From an uncultured Chloroflexia bacterium (GTDB lineage: Bacteria > Chloroflexota > Limnocylindria > Limnocylindrales > CSP1-4), in the NCBI GenBank assembly GCA_963766735.1, contig CAVYBU010000019.1, positions 65,999 to 129,998 of the forward strand: 64,000 nt of DNA. Reading direction: 5' to 3'. The stretch's first letter is position 1, and each line of letters starts with the position of its first letter. The notes below the pieces were generated by a model. The model searched no databases and had not been told where the DNA came from. It saw only the letters and a list, made by a program, of their open reading frames with translations. Shown here in pieces: positions 11,599-20,960 of the stretch. The position numbers were made by a program, and so were the translations under genes.

Positions 11599-12635
11599 TA
11601 CTGCTCCCAGACTCCTTTCACCTCGCTGCCGAACAGCCCCGACGGCTTGAACAGCAGGATGAGGATGATGAACGCGGTCGGCAGGACGTCCACCCAGCCG
11701 ATGCCGACGTAGTACACGGTGAGAGTCTGGAGGAGCGCCACGATGAACGCTCCGATGATCGCGCCCTGGACATTGCCGAGGCCGGCCAGGATCACGACGT
11801 ACCAGGCGAGATACAGCGGCTGGACGCCGACGTCGGGGAACGACGGGTACATGAACAGCAGCACCGCGCCGGCGAGGGCCGCGAGAGCGCAGGAGACACC
11901 CATCGTGAGCACGAAGATGCTGTTGAGGTCGATGCCGGCCATCTGGGCGCCGGTCTCATCCTGGGCCACGGCCCGCATGGCCCGCCCGGTCCGCGTCCGC
12001 TGGAGGAACACTGCGAACATGGCGATCGTGACCATGGCGATCACGAACACCATCCCCCGGTCGACGGAGACCCCCACGCCGAGGATCTCCATCGGCGGCA
12101 CGTCCCAGTAGGCCCTGATCCCGCGGAAATCGTTGCCGAACAGCAGCCGGTTGCCGTTGACCAGGATGACCGAGATGCCGGCCGTGAGCAGGAACACGTT
12201 CATCACCCACTGCTCGCTCGCTCGCCGGCGTAGGGCCCGGAACAGGACGACCTCGAGGAACACGCCGATGAGGAAGCCGATCACGACCGCGGCGAGGATG
12301 CCCGGGAACGGACCAAACACCTTGAGGACCGTGTTGTCCGGGTTGTCGCGGATCGCCGTCTGAATCGGGCCGAAGACCGTGACCGCCACCAGCGACCCGA
12401 TCATGAAGAACTCGCCGTGGGCGAAGTTGGGGAGGTTCATCACCCCGAACACCAGCGCCAGGCCGCCGGCCATCAGGGCCCACATCCCGCCGGTGATCAG
12501 CGTGTCGACGAGGATCGAAGGCTTGAAGATCGCGGACCAGACCAGCACCAGCGCGACGATGCCGATCACGAGCCACGTGAATGACAGGAACCGCCTGGCG
12601 AACGGGACGGCACGGAGGTTGGTAGCGGTCGTCAT
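11598..12635 (-). CDS. livH: Liv-type ABC transporter permease (LivH)
   Basis: GLALVFGVMNLPNFAHGEF, GRAMRAVAQD and LLFKPSGLFG. Confidence 0.9.
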   Translation of the reverse strand: MTTATNLRAVPFARRFLSFTWLVIGIVALVLVWSAIFKPSILVDTLITGGMWALMAGGLALVFGVMNLPNFAHGEFFMIGSLVAVTVFGPIQTAIRDNPDNTVLKVFGPFPGILAAVVIGFLIGVFLEVVLFRALRRRASEQWVMNVFLLTAGISVILVNGNRLLFGNDFRGIRAYWDVPPMEILGVGVSVDRGMVFVIAMVTIAMFAVFLQRTRTGRAMRAVAQDETGAQMAGIDLNSIFVLTMGVSCALAALAGAVLLFMYPSFPDVGVQPLYLAWYVVILAGLGNVQGAIIGAFIVALLQTLTVYYVGIGWVDVLPTAFIILILLFKPSGLFGSEVKGVWEQ

Positions 12636-12642
12636 GGCTCGC

Positions 12643-13347
12643 TCAGATCCCCAGGTAGGCTTCCTGGACGTGGCTGTCGCCGAGCAGCTGCTCGCCCGTC
12701 CCCTCGAGGACGATCTTGCCCTGCTCGAGGACGTAGGCCCGGTCCACCAGGCGGAGCGTCGTGTTCACGTTCTGCTCGACGAGCAGGATCGTCACGCCGC
12801 GTGCGTGCAGCGCCTTGAGCGCTTCGAACGTGGTGAGCGTGGCCATCGGGGCCAGGCCCAGCGACGGCTCGTCCACGAGGAGCAGCGAGGGCGACGGCAT
12901 CAGGCCCCGCCCGATGGCGAGCATCTTCCGCTCGCCGCCCGACAGGGTCCCGGCCAGCTGGTCGCGCCGCTCCAGGAGCCTCGGGAACAGCTCGAACACG
13001 AGGTCCATCGTGGACGCGATCTGCGCCTTGTCCTTGACCGCATACCCGCCCACGAGCAGGTTCTCGTACACGGACATCGCCGGGAACAGGTTGAGGTTCT
13101 CCGACACGTAGCCGACCCCGATGGTGCTCACCCGGTGGGGGAGGACGCCGTCGAGCCGCTCGCCGCGGAACGTGACCGAGCCCCGGATCGGCCGCAGGAA
13201 GCCTGCGATCGTTCGCAGCGTGGTCGTCTTGCCCGCCCCGTTCGGCCCGAGCAGAGCGACGAACTCGCCCTCCTCGACGTGGAGGTCAACCCCCCACAGC
13301 ACCTGCAGGAGATCGTAGCCAGCTTCGACGCCGGTGAGTTGGAGCAC
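12643..13347 (-). CDS. livF: Liv-type ABC transporter ATPase (LivF)
   Basis: Walker A GPNGAGKT, LSGGE, DEPSLGLAP and LLVEQN. Confidence 0.92.
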   Translation of the reverse strand: MLQLTGVEAGYDLLQVLWGVDLHVEEGEFVALLGPNGAGKTTTLRTIAGFLRPIRGSVTFRGERLDGVLPHRVSTIGVGYVSENLNLFPAMSVYENLLVGGYAVKDKAQIASTMDLVFELFPRLLERRDQLAGTLSGGERKMLAIGRGLMPSPSLLLVDEPSLGLAPMATLTTFEALKALHARGVTILLVEQNVNTTLRLVDRAYVLEQGKIVLEGTGEQLLGDSHVQEAYLGI

Positions 13348-13362
13348 CCTTCCCTCCGGGAC

Positions 13363-14091
13363 TCAGAGAATGTAGTCAGTGCCGAGATAGGCCTCGCGGA
13401 CCCGCTCGTCCTGGGCGACGGTCTTCGCATCCCCGTGGGCGATCAGCTTCCCGTACTGGAGCACGGAGAGGCGACCGCACAGGTCGAGGATGAGCCGCAT
13501 CACGTGCTCGACCATCACGATCGTGGTGCCGTCGGCACGGATCCGGCGCAGCAGCACCGCGATGTCCGTGAGCTCACTGGGCGTCTGGCCCGCCGCGAAC
13601 TCGTCGAGCAGCAGGAGCTTCGGCTTGCTGGCCAGCGCCCGCGCGAGGTCCAGCCGCTTGAGCTGGGACGCGTTGAGGTGCGAGGCAAGTGTTCCCACCG
13701 GCCTCGGGAACTCGACGTACTCGAGCATCCCCAGCGCCCGGGTCGCCACCTCGGCGTGGCGAATGTGCGGGTCGCCGAAGGTGGCCGCCACGACGACGTT
13801 CTCGAAGACGCTCATCCCGGGGAACGGCCGCGGGATCTGGAACGTCCGTCCGACACCCAGGCGGCACATGCGCTCGGCGGACGAGCCGGTCGTGTCGCGG
13901 CCGTCGAGCCGGATCGTGCCCCCGTTGGGGCTCGAGGCCCCCGCGAGACAGTTGAGCAGCGTGGACTTCCCGGCCCCGTTGGGGCCGATCAGCCCGAAGA
14001 TCTCGCCCTCCTCGACGGAGAAGGTGACTTCATCGACCGCGGTCAGGCCGCCGAATTGCTTGGTAACGCCGGAGAGTTCGAGCAGCGCCAT
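13363..14091 (-). CDS. livG: Liv-type ABC transporter ATPase (LivG)
   Basis: FGGLTAV, GPNGAGKS, RTFQ, LLLDEFAAG, VEH and VREAYLG. Confidence 0.92.
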   Translation of the reverse strand: MALLELSGVTKQFGGLTAVDEVTFSVEEGEIFGLIGPNGAGKSTLLNCLAGASSPNGGTIRLDGRDTTGSSAERMCRLGVGRTFQIPRPFPGMSVFENVVVAATFGDPHIRHAEVATRALGMLEYVEFPRPVGTLASHLNASQLKRLDLARALASKPKLLLLDEFAAGQTPSELTDIAVLLRRIRADGTTIVMVEHVMRLILDLCGRLSVLQYGKLIAHGDAKTVAQDERVREAYLGTDYIL

Positions 14092-14109
14092 CTGACTCTC
14101 AAACGCGGG

Positions 14110-14134
14110 AGGGGGCCGGCGGAGCCGGCCCCCA
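14110..14134. other. Intergenic stem-loop between the binding-protein gene and the ATPase gene
   Basis: GGGGGCCGGC-GGA-GCCGGCCCCC, at the usual position for an mRNA-stabilising hairpin or partial terminator in ABC operons. Confidence 0.5.
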
Positions 14135-14145
14135 CTCGCTTGCTG

Positions 14146-15492
14146 CTAGGGCTTGCTCTGGAGGGTGCCGCTCGCGACCTCCTCGGGCCAGACCACCGTC
14201 GAGTCGCCGCCCATGTACTGGAGGACCGGGAAGGTGAAGTGACCCTTGCCGACGATCGGGTCGGGGATCGTCTCCTGGGAGTAGTCGTAGTTCGACATGA
14301 TGATCCCGTCGGTGTACGTCAGCTGGCCGGTCCAGACCTTCTCCTGGGCGACCTTGTACAGCGACGCGCTCGAGATCTCGCACGAGTCGGCGAGCGCCGT
14401 CTCAGCGATCTTCATGAAGTAGTTGGCGTAGTCGTAGGACAGGCCGGCCGATGACGGGCTCGGCTTGCTCCCGTACTTGGCCTCGTAGTCCGCCGCGTAC
14501 TGCTTGGCCGCTTCCGAGGCGAACTGCGGGATCTGGTCCACGACGTAGTCCGAGGCCGACCCGCTCAGGTCGTACCAGTTGCCGATCCAGCCGAGGCCGT
14601 CGGCCACGACCAGGGACTTGACGCCGCTGTCGGAGATCGCCTTGAGGAATGCCGAGAGCGAGTTGGCGAAGGTCGTCGTGCCCGCGATCAGGGGCACGTT
14701 GTCGGACTTGTAGCGCGAGACCAGGGCCGAGAAGTCCGTCTGGTCCTTGGCGAAGTAATCCTCGTAGAGGACGGTCCAGCCGGTGGCTTCGAGCTGGGTC
14801 TTGAGGCCCAGGGCCAGCGAGCGGCCCCAGTCGGTGTCCTCGCCGAACAGGGCGACCTTCTGCTCGGCCGGGCTGTAGCTGCCGGCCGCGATCGCGTCCT
14901 GGATCGCCTGGACGTAGCCGACGGTGAGCTTCTCGGGGGTCGGCCAGCCCTTGGAGGTCCAGTACCCGTACTTCGCCGGGTCACCCTGGAACTTCTCGTC
15001 GATGGTGTTCGCCGCACCCAGCGCGAAGAAGTGCGGGATCTGGTACTTCGCGGTGACCTCCATCTGGGCGACCGCGACCGAGCTGTGCCAGCCGAGGAGG
15101 CCGGCCACGATCTTGTCGGATGACGCAGCCTGCTCATAGGCGGCCGCGCCCTTGGCGGGATCGGACTGGTCGTCGATGTAGACGGGCTCGACCGTGTACG
15201 GGCCGATCTTCCAGCCGACGGCTTCGAACGCCATTCCGATGCCGTTCTTGATCTCCTCGCCGGTCAAGGCGTTCGCGCCCGTGAACGGACCGGAGATGCC
15301 GAGCTTGATCGTCGCGGGGGCGGGCTCCGTGCAGCCGGTCGAGCCCGAAGCGTCGGGGGCAGTAGACGCTGCCGCGGTGGCCGCAGGTGCGGGCGTTGCG
15401 GGTGCGCTGGTTGCGGCGCTGCCGCCGCAGGCTGCGACCGCGAATACGACCGCAGCGGCGAACCCGAGGCGTCGTCGGATATCACTGGTCAT
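14146..15492 (-). CDS. Liv-type ABC substrate-binding lipoprotein (LivK/Peripla_BP_6 family)
   Basis: Lipobox VAAC, Ala/Pro linker, IKLGISGPFTG, DDQSDP, EDTDWG and TDFS; SD AGGAGGAG. Confidence 0.88.
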   Translation of the reverse strand: MTSDIRRRLGFAAAVVFAVAACGGSAATSAPATPAPAATAAASTAPDASGSTGCTEPAPATIKLGISGPFTGANALTGEEIKNGIGMAFEAVGWKIGPYTVEPVYIDDQSDPAKGAAAYEQAASSDKIVAGLLGWHSSVAVAQMEVTAKYQIPHFFALGAANTIDEKFQGDPAKYGYWTSKGWPTPEKLTVGYVQAIQDAIAAGSYSPAEQKVALFGEDTDWGRSLALGLKTQLEATGWTVLYEDYFAKDQTDFSALVSRYKSDNVPLIAGTTTFANSLSAFLKAISDSGVKSLVVADGLGWIGNWYDLSGSASDYVVDQIPQFASEAAKQYAADYEAKYGSKPSPSSAGLSYDYANYFMKIAETALADSCEISSASLYKVAQEKVWTGQLTYTDGIIMSNYDYSQETIPDPIVGKGHFTFPVLQYMGGDSTVVWPEEVASGTLQSKP

Positions 15493-15635
15493 GAACGTGC
15501 TCCTCCTCCTGGACCATGCCGTGCCTCATTGCCGGCATGGTCCCCTTGTCTCCGCGCCTGCCGCTGCTTCCGCACCGGCCGTCATGTGTGGGGACGCACT
15601 GCTTCATCCACCACCCGCTCCCTCGGGGGCCACAA

Positions 15636-15653
15636 GTCATAATGATGTATTAC
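15636..15653. promoter_or_regulatory. Candidate TetR operator 1 (GTCATA-N6-TATTAC)
   Basis: 18-bp inverted repeat in the AT-rich divergent liv/tetR intergenic region; matches the site at 16539-16556. Confidence 0.55.
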
Positions 15654-15818
15654 GAACGGAATGCTAGGATGAAGGCAGGATAGTAGGCTCGTCAAGCCAC
15701 CGTTTGCCCGGCCGGCACGTCGCGCTGCTGCAGTCCGGGGGTGGGTGGCATCGCTGCCGCGATCGGATCGGCGGACGGGCAGAGCGTGCCAGAAGGTCGG
15801 GAAGGGGACTGCAGAGCA

Positions 15819-16469
15819 GTGGGCGGCCGAGGGGCGAACAACGAAGCGCTGCGGACGGCGCAGAGGGAGCGGATCCTCGCCGCAGCCGAGCGGCTGCTGG
15901 TCACGCACGGCGTGGAGAAGAGTCGCCTTCGCGACGTCAGCGAGGCGGCCGGTGTCTCGGTTGGGACGGTCCAGCACTACTTCGACACCCGGGACCGCCT
16001 CATCGCCGAGCTGTTCGACTGGTCGTCTGAGCGCCGTCTCAGGACGTGGCTGGATGCGACGCCGAAGGTTGGCGACCCGTGGTCGCGCCTCACGTCGCTG
16101 CTGGCTGCCTCACTCCCCGAGCCGCTCCTGTGGCGCAGCCGAATCTGGATCGAGTTCTGCGCCATGGCGCGCGACGATGAGCTCCGGGCGAAGCTGGACC
16201 ACCACTACGAGGCGTGGCGCCCGCCGTTCCGGCAGGTGATCGAGGACGGGATCGAGGCCGGCGTGTTCCGTCCGATCTGGCCCGTCGCCGACATCGTGGA
16301 CCTGTTCATCATCTTCGTCGACGGGGCGTCGGTCGGGGTCTCGCTGGCAGCACCGGGGGTGACACCTGAACAGCTCCACCGGCTGCTCCTGGAGACGGCC
16401 CGGGTGACGCTCGGCGTCGACGTGGCCGTGGCCGGCGGCACTCCGCAGGCCGAACTGCAACACGCATGA
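15819..16469 (+). CDS. TetR family regulator (BetI-like C-terminal domain)
   Basis: RERILAAA ... LRDVSEAAGVSVGTVQHYF HTH and RIWIEF. Start uncertain (GTG 15819 chosen; the ORF extends to 15741). Confidence 0.88.
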   Translation: MGGRGANNEALRTAQRERILAAAERLLVTHGVEKSRLRDVSEAAGVSVGTVQHYFDTRDRLIAELFDWSSERRLRTWLDATPKVGDPWSRLTSLLAASLPEPLLWRSRIWIEFCAMARDDELRAKLDHHYEAWRPPFRQVIEDGIEAGVFRPIWPVADIVDLFIIFVDGASVGVSLAAPGVTPEQLHRLLLETARVTLGVDVAVAGGTPQAELQHA

Positions 16470-16531
16470 CACGTCCGAGCGACCACTAGGCGACCCTGCA
16501 CCGGTGGATCACGGCCGGTTCCGGGGGGGTA

Positions 16532-16559
16532 TTGCATCGTAATAATATGGTGTTACCAT
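16532..16559 (+). promoter_or_regulatory. Sigma70-type promoter overlapped by candidate TetR operator 2 (GTAATA-N6-TGTTAC, 16539-16556)
   Basis: TTGCAT-N16-TACCAT with an extended TG; the palindrome lies between the -35 and -10 hexamers. Confidence 0.6.
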
Positions 16560-16617
16560 CCCGCCACTCGGGGCCGAGCCCCCTTGGTGTCGATGACAGG
16601 AGGAGGAGTCGATCGCC

Positions 16618-19107
16618 ATGCTGAACGCTTCGTCCGACCGTGCCGGGGACGCTACGCCCGGGCGTGAGTTCCCGACCCAGGCCCGCGTGGTCGTCATCGG
16701 TGGCGGCATCGTCGGCGCGAGCGTCGCCTACCACCTCACCGAGCGCGGCTGGAACGACGTCGTCCTCCTGGAGCGCAAGCGGCTCACATCAGGAACCACG
16801 TGGCACGCCGCGGGGCTGGTGGGGCAGATCCGGGCCACGTACAACATGACCACGCTGGCGAAGTACGCGCTCGAGCTCATCGCCGAGATCGAGCGGCGGA
16901 CCGGCATGGGAACGGGCTTCCGGCGCACCGGATCGGTCCTTCTCGCCACCACCGAGGGACGCCTCGAGGAGATCAAGCGCAACGTCTCGATGGGGCGCCT
17001 GAGCGGCGTCGAGGCCGAGATGATCGACCCTGCCCGGGCCGCCGAGCTGTTCCCGCCGCTGGACCCGGCCGAGGTGCTGGGTGCCGCCTGGATCCCCGGC
17101 GACAGCGTCGCCAACCCGACGGACCTGACACAGGCCATCGCCAAGGCCGCCCGCATGGGCGGGGCGAAGATCTTCGAGCACACGAAGGTCACCGCCATCC
17201 ACGAGCGCGACGGCCACGTGACCGGCGTCTCGACGGATAAGGGCGAGATCGCCTGCGAGTACGTCGTCAACTGCACGGGCATGTGGGCGCGCGACCTGGC
17301 CGGCCAGAACGGCGTCGTGATCCCCAACCACGCCGCCGAGCACTTCTACCTGATCACCGAGGAGATCCCGGGCCTGGACCCGGATCTGCCGGTTCTCCGC
17401 TCGCCGGACGACACCGCGTACATCCGCGTGGACACGGGCAAGCTCATGGTCGGGTTCTTCGAGCCCGGCGCCAAGCCCTGGGCGACGCACGGCATCCCCG
17501 AGGACGCCGAGTTCGTGACCCTGCCCGAGGACTGGGACCACATCACGCCGTTCCTGGAGCGCGCCGCCCGGCGCGTGCCGGTCCTGGGCGAGGTCGGCTA
17601 CCAGCTCCACTTCAACGGGCCCGAGAGCTTCACGCCGGACGACCGCTACGTCCTGGGCGAGGCGCCCGGTCACCGCGGCTACTTCGTCGCCGCCGGGTTC
17701 AACTCGGTCGGCTTCGCGGGCGGCGGCGGCGCCGGCCGGGCGGTCGCGGACTGGCTGGTTGACGACCGGCCGCCGATGGACCTCTGGGAGGTGGACATCC
17801 GGCGGTTCATGCCGTTCCAGCGCAACCGACGGTATCTCTACGGCCGCACCACCGAGACGCTCGGCCTGCTGTACGACATGCACTGGCCGTTCCGCCAGTA
17901 CGAGACGTCGCGCGGCATCCGCCGCTCGCCGCTCCATGACCGGCTCGTCGCCCGCAACGCGTGCTTCGGGGAGGTCGGTGGCTGGGAGCGGGCGAACTGG
18001 TACGCGCCCGCTGGCGTCGAGCCGCGGTACGAGTACAGCTACGGGCGCCAGAACTGGTTCCCCTACTCCGCGGAGGAGCACCAGGCCGTCCGCGAGAACG
18101 TGGCGCTGTTCGACCAGACGTCGTTCGGCAAGATCCTCGTCCAGGGCCGCGACGCGGAGCGCGAGCTCGGCCGGATCTGCACGGCGGACATCGCCGTGGC
18201 ACCCGGGCGCATGGTCTACACGCAGTGGCTCAACGACCGCGGCGGCGTGGAGGCGGATGTCACCGTCTCCCGCCTGGCCGAGGACCGGTTCCTGGTCGTG
18301 ACCACCGGCAGCCAGACGATCCGCGACCTCGACCATCTGCGGCGCGCGATCGCGCCCGACGCACACGTCACCCTCGACGACGTCACCTCGGGCGAGGTGG
18401 TGATCGCGATCATGGGCCCGCGCTCGCGGGAGCTGCTGGCGTCGATGTCGGATGCCGACCTCTCGAACGAGGCGTTCCCGTTCGGGACCGTGCGCGAGAT
18501 CGACCTCGGCCTCGCCTTCGCCCGGGCCGCCCGGACCACCTACGTGGGCGAGCTGGGCTGGGAGCTGTACGTCCCCACCGAGTTCGCGACCCACCTCTAC
18601 GACGCCATCGTGGAGGCGGGCGAGGCGTTCGGGCTGCGTCACGCCGGCTACCACGCGCTCAACTCGCTGCGGATGGAGAAGGCGTACCGCCACTGGGGCC
18701 ACGACATGAGCGACGAGGACACGCTCATCGAGGCCGGGCTCGGGTTCACGGCCGCCTGGGACAAGCCCGGCGGCTTCATCGGCCGGGAGGCACTCCTGGG
18801 CCAGCGCGAGACGGGTGTCGAACGGCGCCTCGCGGTGCTGACGCTGGACGATCCCGAGCCGCTCATGTACCACAACGAGCCGATCCTGCGCGACGGCGAG
18901 CTGGTCGGCCGGATCACCTCGGCGATGTTCGGGCACACCATCGGGCGCTCGATCGGGCTGGGCTATGTCCGGCGCCCCGATGGGATCGCGACCCCCGACT
19001 GGCTCGCGGCGGGGAGCTACGAGGTGGAGGTCGCCACCGATCTGATCCCGGCGACGGCGTCCTTCCGGGCGCCGTACGACCCCACGAATGCACGCATCAG
19101 GGCGTGA
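16618..19107 (+). CDS. FAD-dependent GcvT-domain oxidoreductase (sarcosine/dimethylglycine dehydrogenase-like), copy 2
   Basis: VIGGGIVG, SGTTWHAAG (flavinylation His), NGPESFTPD, ADVTV, TYVGELGWELY and YDPTNARIRA. Confidence 0.92.
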   Translation: MLNASSDRAGDATPGREFPTQARVVVIGGGIVGASVAYHLTERGWNDVVLLERKRLTSGTTWHAAGLVGQIRATYNMTTLAKYALELIAEIERRTGMGTGFRRTGSVLLATTEGRLEEIKRNVSMGRLSGVEAEMIDPARAAELFPPLDPAEVLGAAWIPGDSVANPTDLTQAIAKAARMGGAKIFEHTKVTAIHERDGHVTGVSTDKGEIACEYVVNCTGMWARDLAGQNGVVIPNHAAEHFYLITEEIPGLDPDLPVLRSPDDTAYIRVDTGKLMVGFFEPGAKPWATHGIPEDAEFVTLPEDWDHITPFLERAARRVPVLGEVGYQLHFNGPESFTPDDRYVLGEAPGHRGYFVAAGFNSVGFAGGGGAGRAVADWLVDDRPPMDLWEVDIRRFMPFQRNRRYLYGRTTETLGLLYDMHWPFRQYETSRGIRRSPLHDRLVARNACFGEVGGWERANWYAPAGVEPRYEYSYGRQNWFPYSAEEHQAVRENVALFDQTSFGKILVQGRDAERELGRICTADIAVAPGRMVYTQWLNDRGGVEADVTVSRLAEDRFLVVTTGSQTIRDLDHLRRAIAPDAHVTLDDVTSGEVVIAIMGPRSRELLASMSDADLSNEAFPFGTVREIDLGLAFARAARTTYVGELGWELYVPTEFATHLYDAIVEAGEAFGLRHAGYHALNSLRMEKAYRHWGHDMSDEDTLIEAGLGFTAAWDKPGGFIGREALLGQRETGVERRLAVLTLDDPEPLMYHNEPILRDGELVGRITSAMFGHTIGRSIGLGYVRRPDGIATPDWLAAGSYEVEVATDLIPATASFRAPYDPTNARIRA

Positions 19108-19152
19108 GGCCACGAGCCCACGATCCCCTGTCTCGGAGGAGGAGCCCCAGCG

Positions 19153-19935
19153 GTGAAGATCGTCATCCTCGCGAAACCCGTCCCGGACGCGACCGGGCAG
19201 GAGCGGCTCGGGCCCGACCTGCGACTCGACCGGGCGGCAATCCCGCCGGTCATCAACGGCAACGACGAATACGTCCTTGAGGCCGCCCTGCGGCTGCGCG
19301 ACGCGGGCGCCGACATCACGGTGACCCTCCTGGCCATGGCCGGGGCGGTTGGGCCCGACGCGCTGCGGAAGGGCCTTGCGATGGGCGCGGACGACGCGTT
19401 CCTGGTCACCGATCCCGCGCTCGCGGGCGCGTGTGCCTTCAACACGACGCGGGTCCTGGCAGCCGCCCTGCGGCGCCTGGAGTTCGACCTCGTGCTGGCG
19501 GGCATCGACAGCTCTGACGGTGGTGGGGGCATCGTGCCGGCCGGTGTTGCGGCGCTCCTGGGCCTGCCGTACCTCTCGTACGCGTCGGCGATCGTGCCGG
19601 AGGGCGACCGGGTCCGCGTGCAGCGGATCACGCCGACCGGGTACGACGCGCTGGAGGCCCCCCTGCCGGCGATGGTCGTCGGCACCCAGGCACTCGGCGA
19701 GCCGCGCTACCCGACTCTGCGCGGGATCATGGGCGCCCGGTCGAAGACCATCACGACCTGGTCGCTCGCGGACCTGGGCCTGGACGGGGCAGCCGTCGGC
19801 GGCGAGGCCGCGACCACCCTTGTGCGCTCGGTCCGGTCCCCCGAGTCCCGCGGCTCTGTCCGCGTGATCCGTGAACCGGCGGCCGTGGCCGCCGCCCAGA
19901 TCGTCGACTTCCTGGTCGAGCGGAGGGCCATCTGA
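19153..19935 (+). CDS. etfB: Electron transfer flavoprotein beta subunit
   Basis: AKPVPD, LAMGAD, GIDSSDG and EPRYPTLRGIM. Confidence 0.9.
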   Translation: MKIVILAKPVPDATGQERLGPDLRLDRAAIPPVINGNDEYVLEAALRLRDAGADITVTLLAMAGAVGPDALRKGLAMGADDAFLVTDPALAGACAFNTTRVLAAALRRLEFDLVLAGIDSSDGGGGIVPAGVAALLGLPYLSYASAIVPEGDRVRVQRITPTGYDALEAPLPAMVVGTQALGEPRYPTLRGIMGARSKTITTWSLADLGLDGAAVGGEAATTLVRSVRSPESRGSVRVIREPAAVAAAQIVDFLVERRAI

Positions 19936-20948
19936 TGCCCGGGACACTGTGGGTCATCGCGGAGACGGCGCCGGACGGAACCCTGGCCCGGATCTCCGCC
20001 GAGGTCGCCACGCTGGCACGCGGGCTCGCCGCGTCGGCCGGCCTGGACATCACCGGCATCGTGGTGGCGCCGCCGGCCTCCGCAGCCGCGGTTGCAGGCG
20101 AGCTGGCCACCTACGTCCCCCGCGTGGTCGCCGTCGAGGCGCCGGCCGCCGAAACCTCGCCCGCCGCGGTGGTGGTCGCCGGTGCGGCAGCGCGCCTCAT
20201 GTCCGGCACCCAGGATGGCTGCGTGCTCATCGGCGCGTCGGCCGACGGCCGCGACACGGCCGGCTTCCTGTCGGTGATGCTGGACGTGGGCGTCCTCACC
20301 AATGCTGCGGCCATCGATTGGGACGGCGGTCCCGTCGTCGAGAAGGGCGTCTTCGGCGGCCGGCTGATCACAACCAGCGCGTTCAGCGGCGGGCTCGGGA
20401 TCGTGACCGTCGCGCTCGGTTCCGTCACGGCCGAGGCGGCTCCGTCGGCGGGCACCGTCGAGAACGCCGTGGCCGGGAGTGGCACCGCGCCCGCGGGCGC
20501 CGGCGGAGTGCTGCCCGAGGCTCCTCCGGTGACCGTTCTCGAGCGCGTCGTCGAGGCGGCGGGTGCCGTCCAGATCGAGGAGGCCAAGGTCATCGTGGCC
20601 GGTGGCCGCGGCCTCGGCAGCCCCGAGGGGTTCCGCGTGGCCGAGGAGCTCGCGGACGAGCTCGGCGGTGCCGTCGCCGCCAGCCGGGCCGCCGTCGATG
20701 CCGGCTGGATCCCCTATTCGCGCCAGGTTGGCCAGACGGGCAAGATCGTCAAGCCCGACGTCTACTTCGCGCTCGGGATCTCGGGTGCCGTGCAGCACAA
20801 GGTCGGCATGCAGGGCGCCAGCACGATCGTCGCCATCAACACCGATTCCGACGCACCGATCGCCGAGTTCGCCGACCTGTTCGTGATCGGCGACCTGTTC
20901 GAGGTGGTCCCCGCCCTTGTCGCCACGCTCCGGGCACGCCGGACCTAG
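19935..20948 (+). CDS. etfA: Electron transfer flavoprotein alpha subunit
   Basis: AGGRG, SRAAVDAGW, QVGQTGK, GISGAVQH and AINTD. Confidence 0.92.
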   Translation: MPGTLWVIAETAPDGTLARISAEVATLARGLAASAGLDITGIVVAPPASAAAVAGELATYVPRVVAVEAPAAETSPAAVVVAGAAARLMSGTQDGCVLIGASADGRDTAGFLSVMLDVGVLTNAAAIDWDGGPVVEKGVFGGRLITTSAFSGGLGIVTVALGSVTAEAAPSAGTVENAVAGSGTAPAGAGGVLPEAPPVTVLERVVEAAGAVQIEEAKVIVAGGRGLGSPEGFRVAEELADELGGAVAASRAAVDAGWIPYSRQVGQTGKIVKPDVYFALGISGAVQHKVGMQGASTIVAINTDSDAPIAEFADLFVIGDLFEVVPALVATLRARRT

Positions 20949-20960
20949 GAGGAGCAGGAC

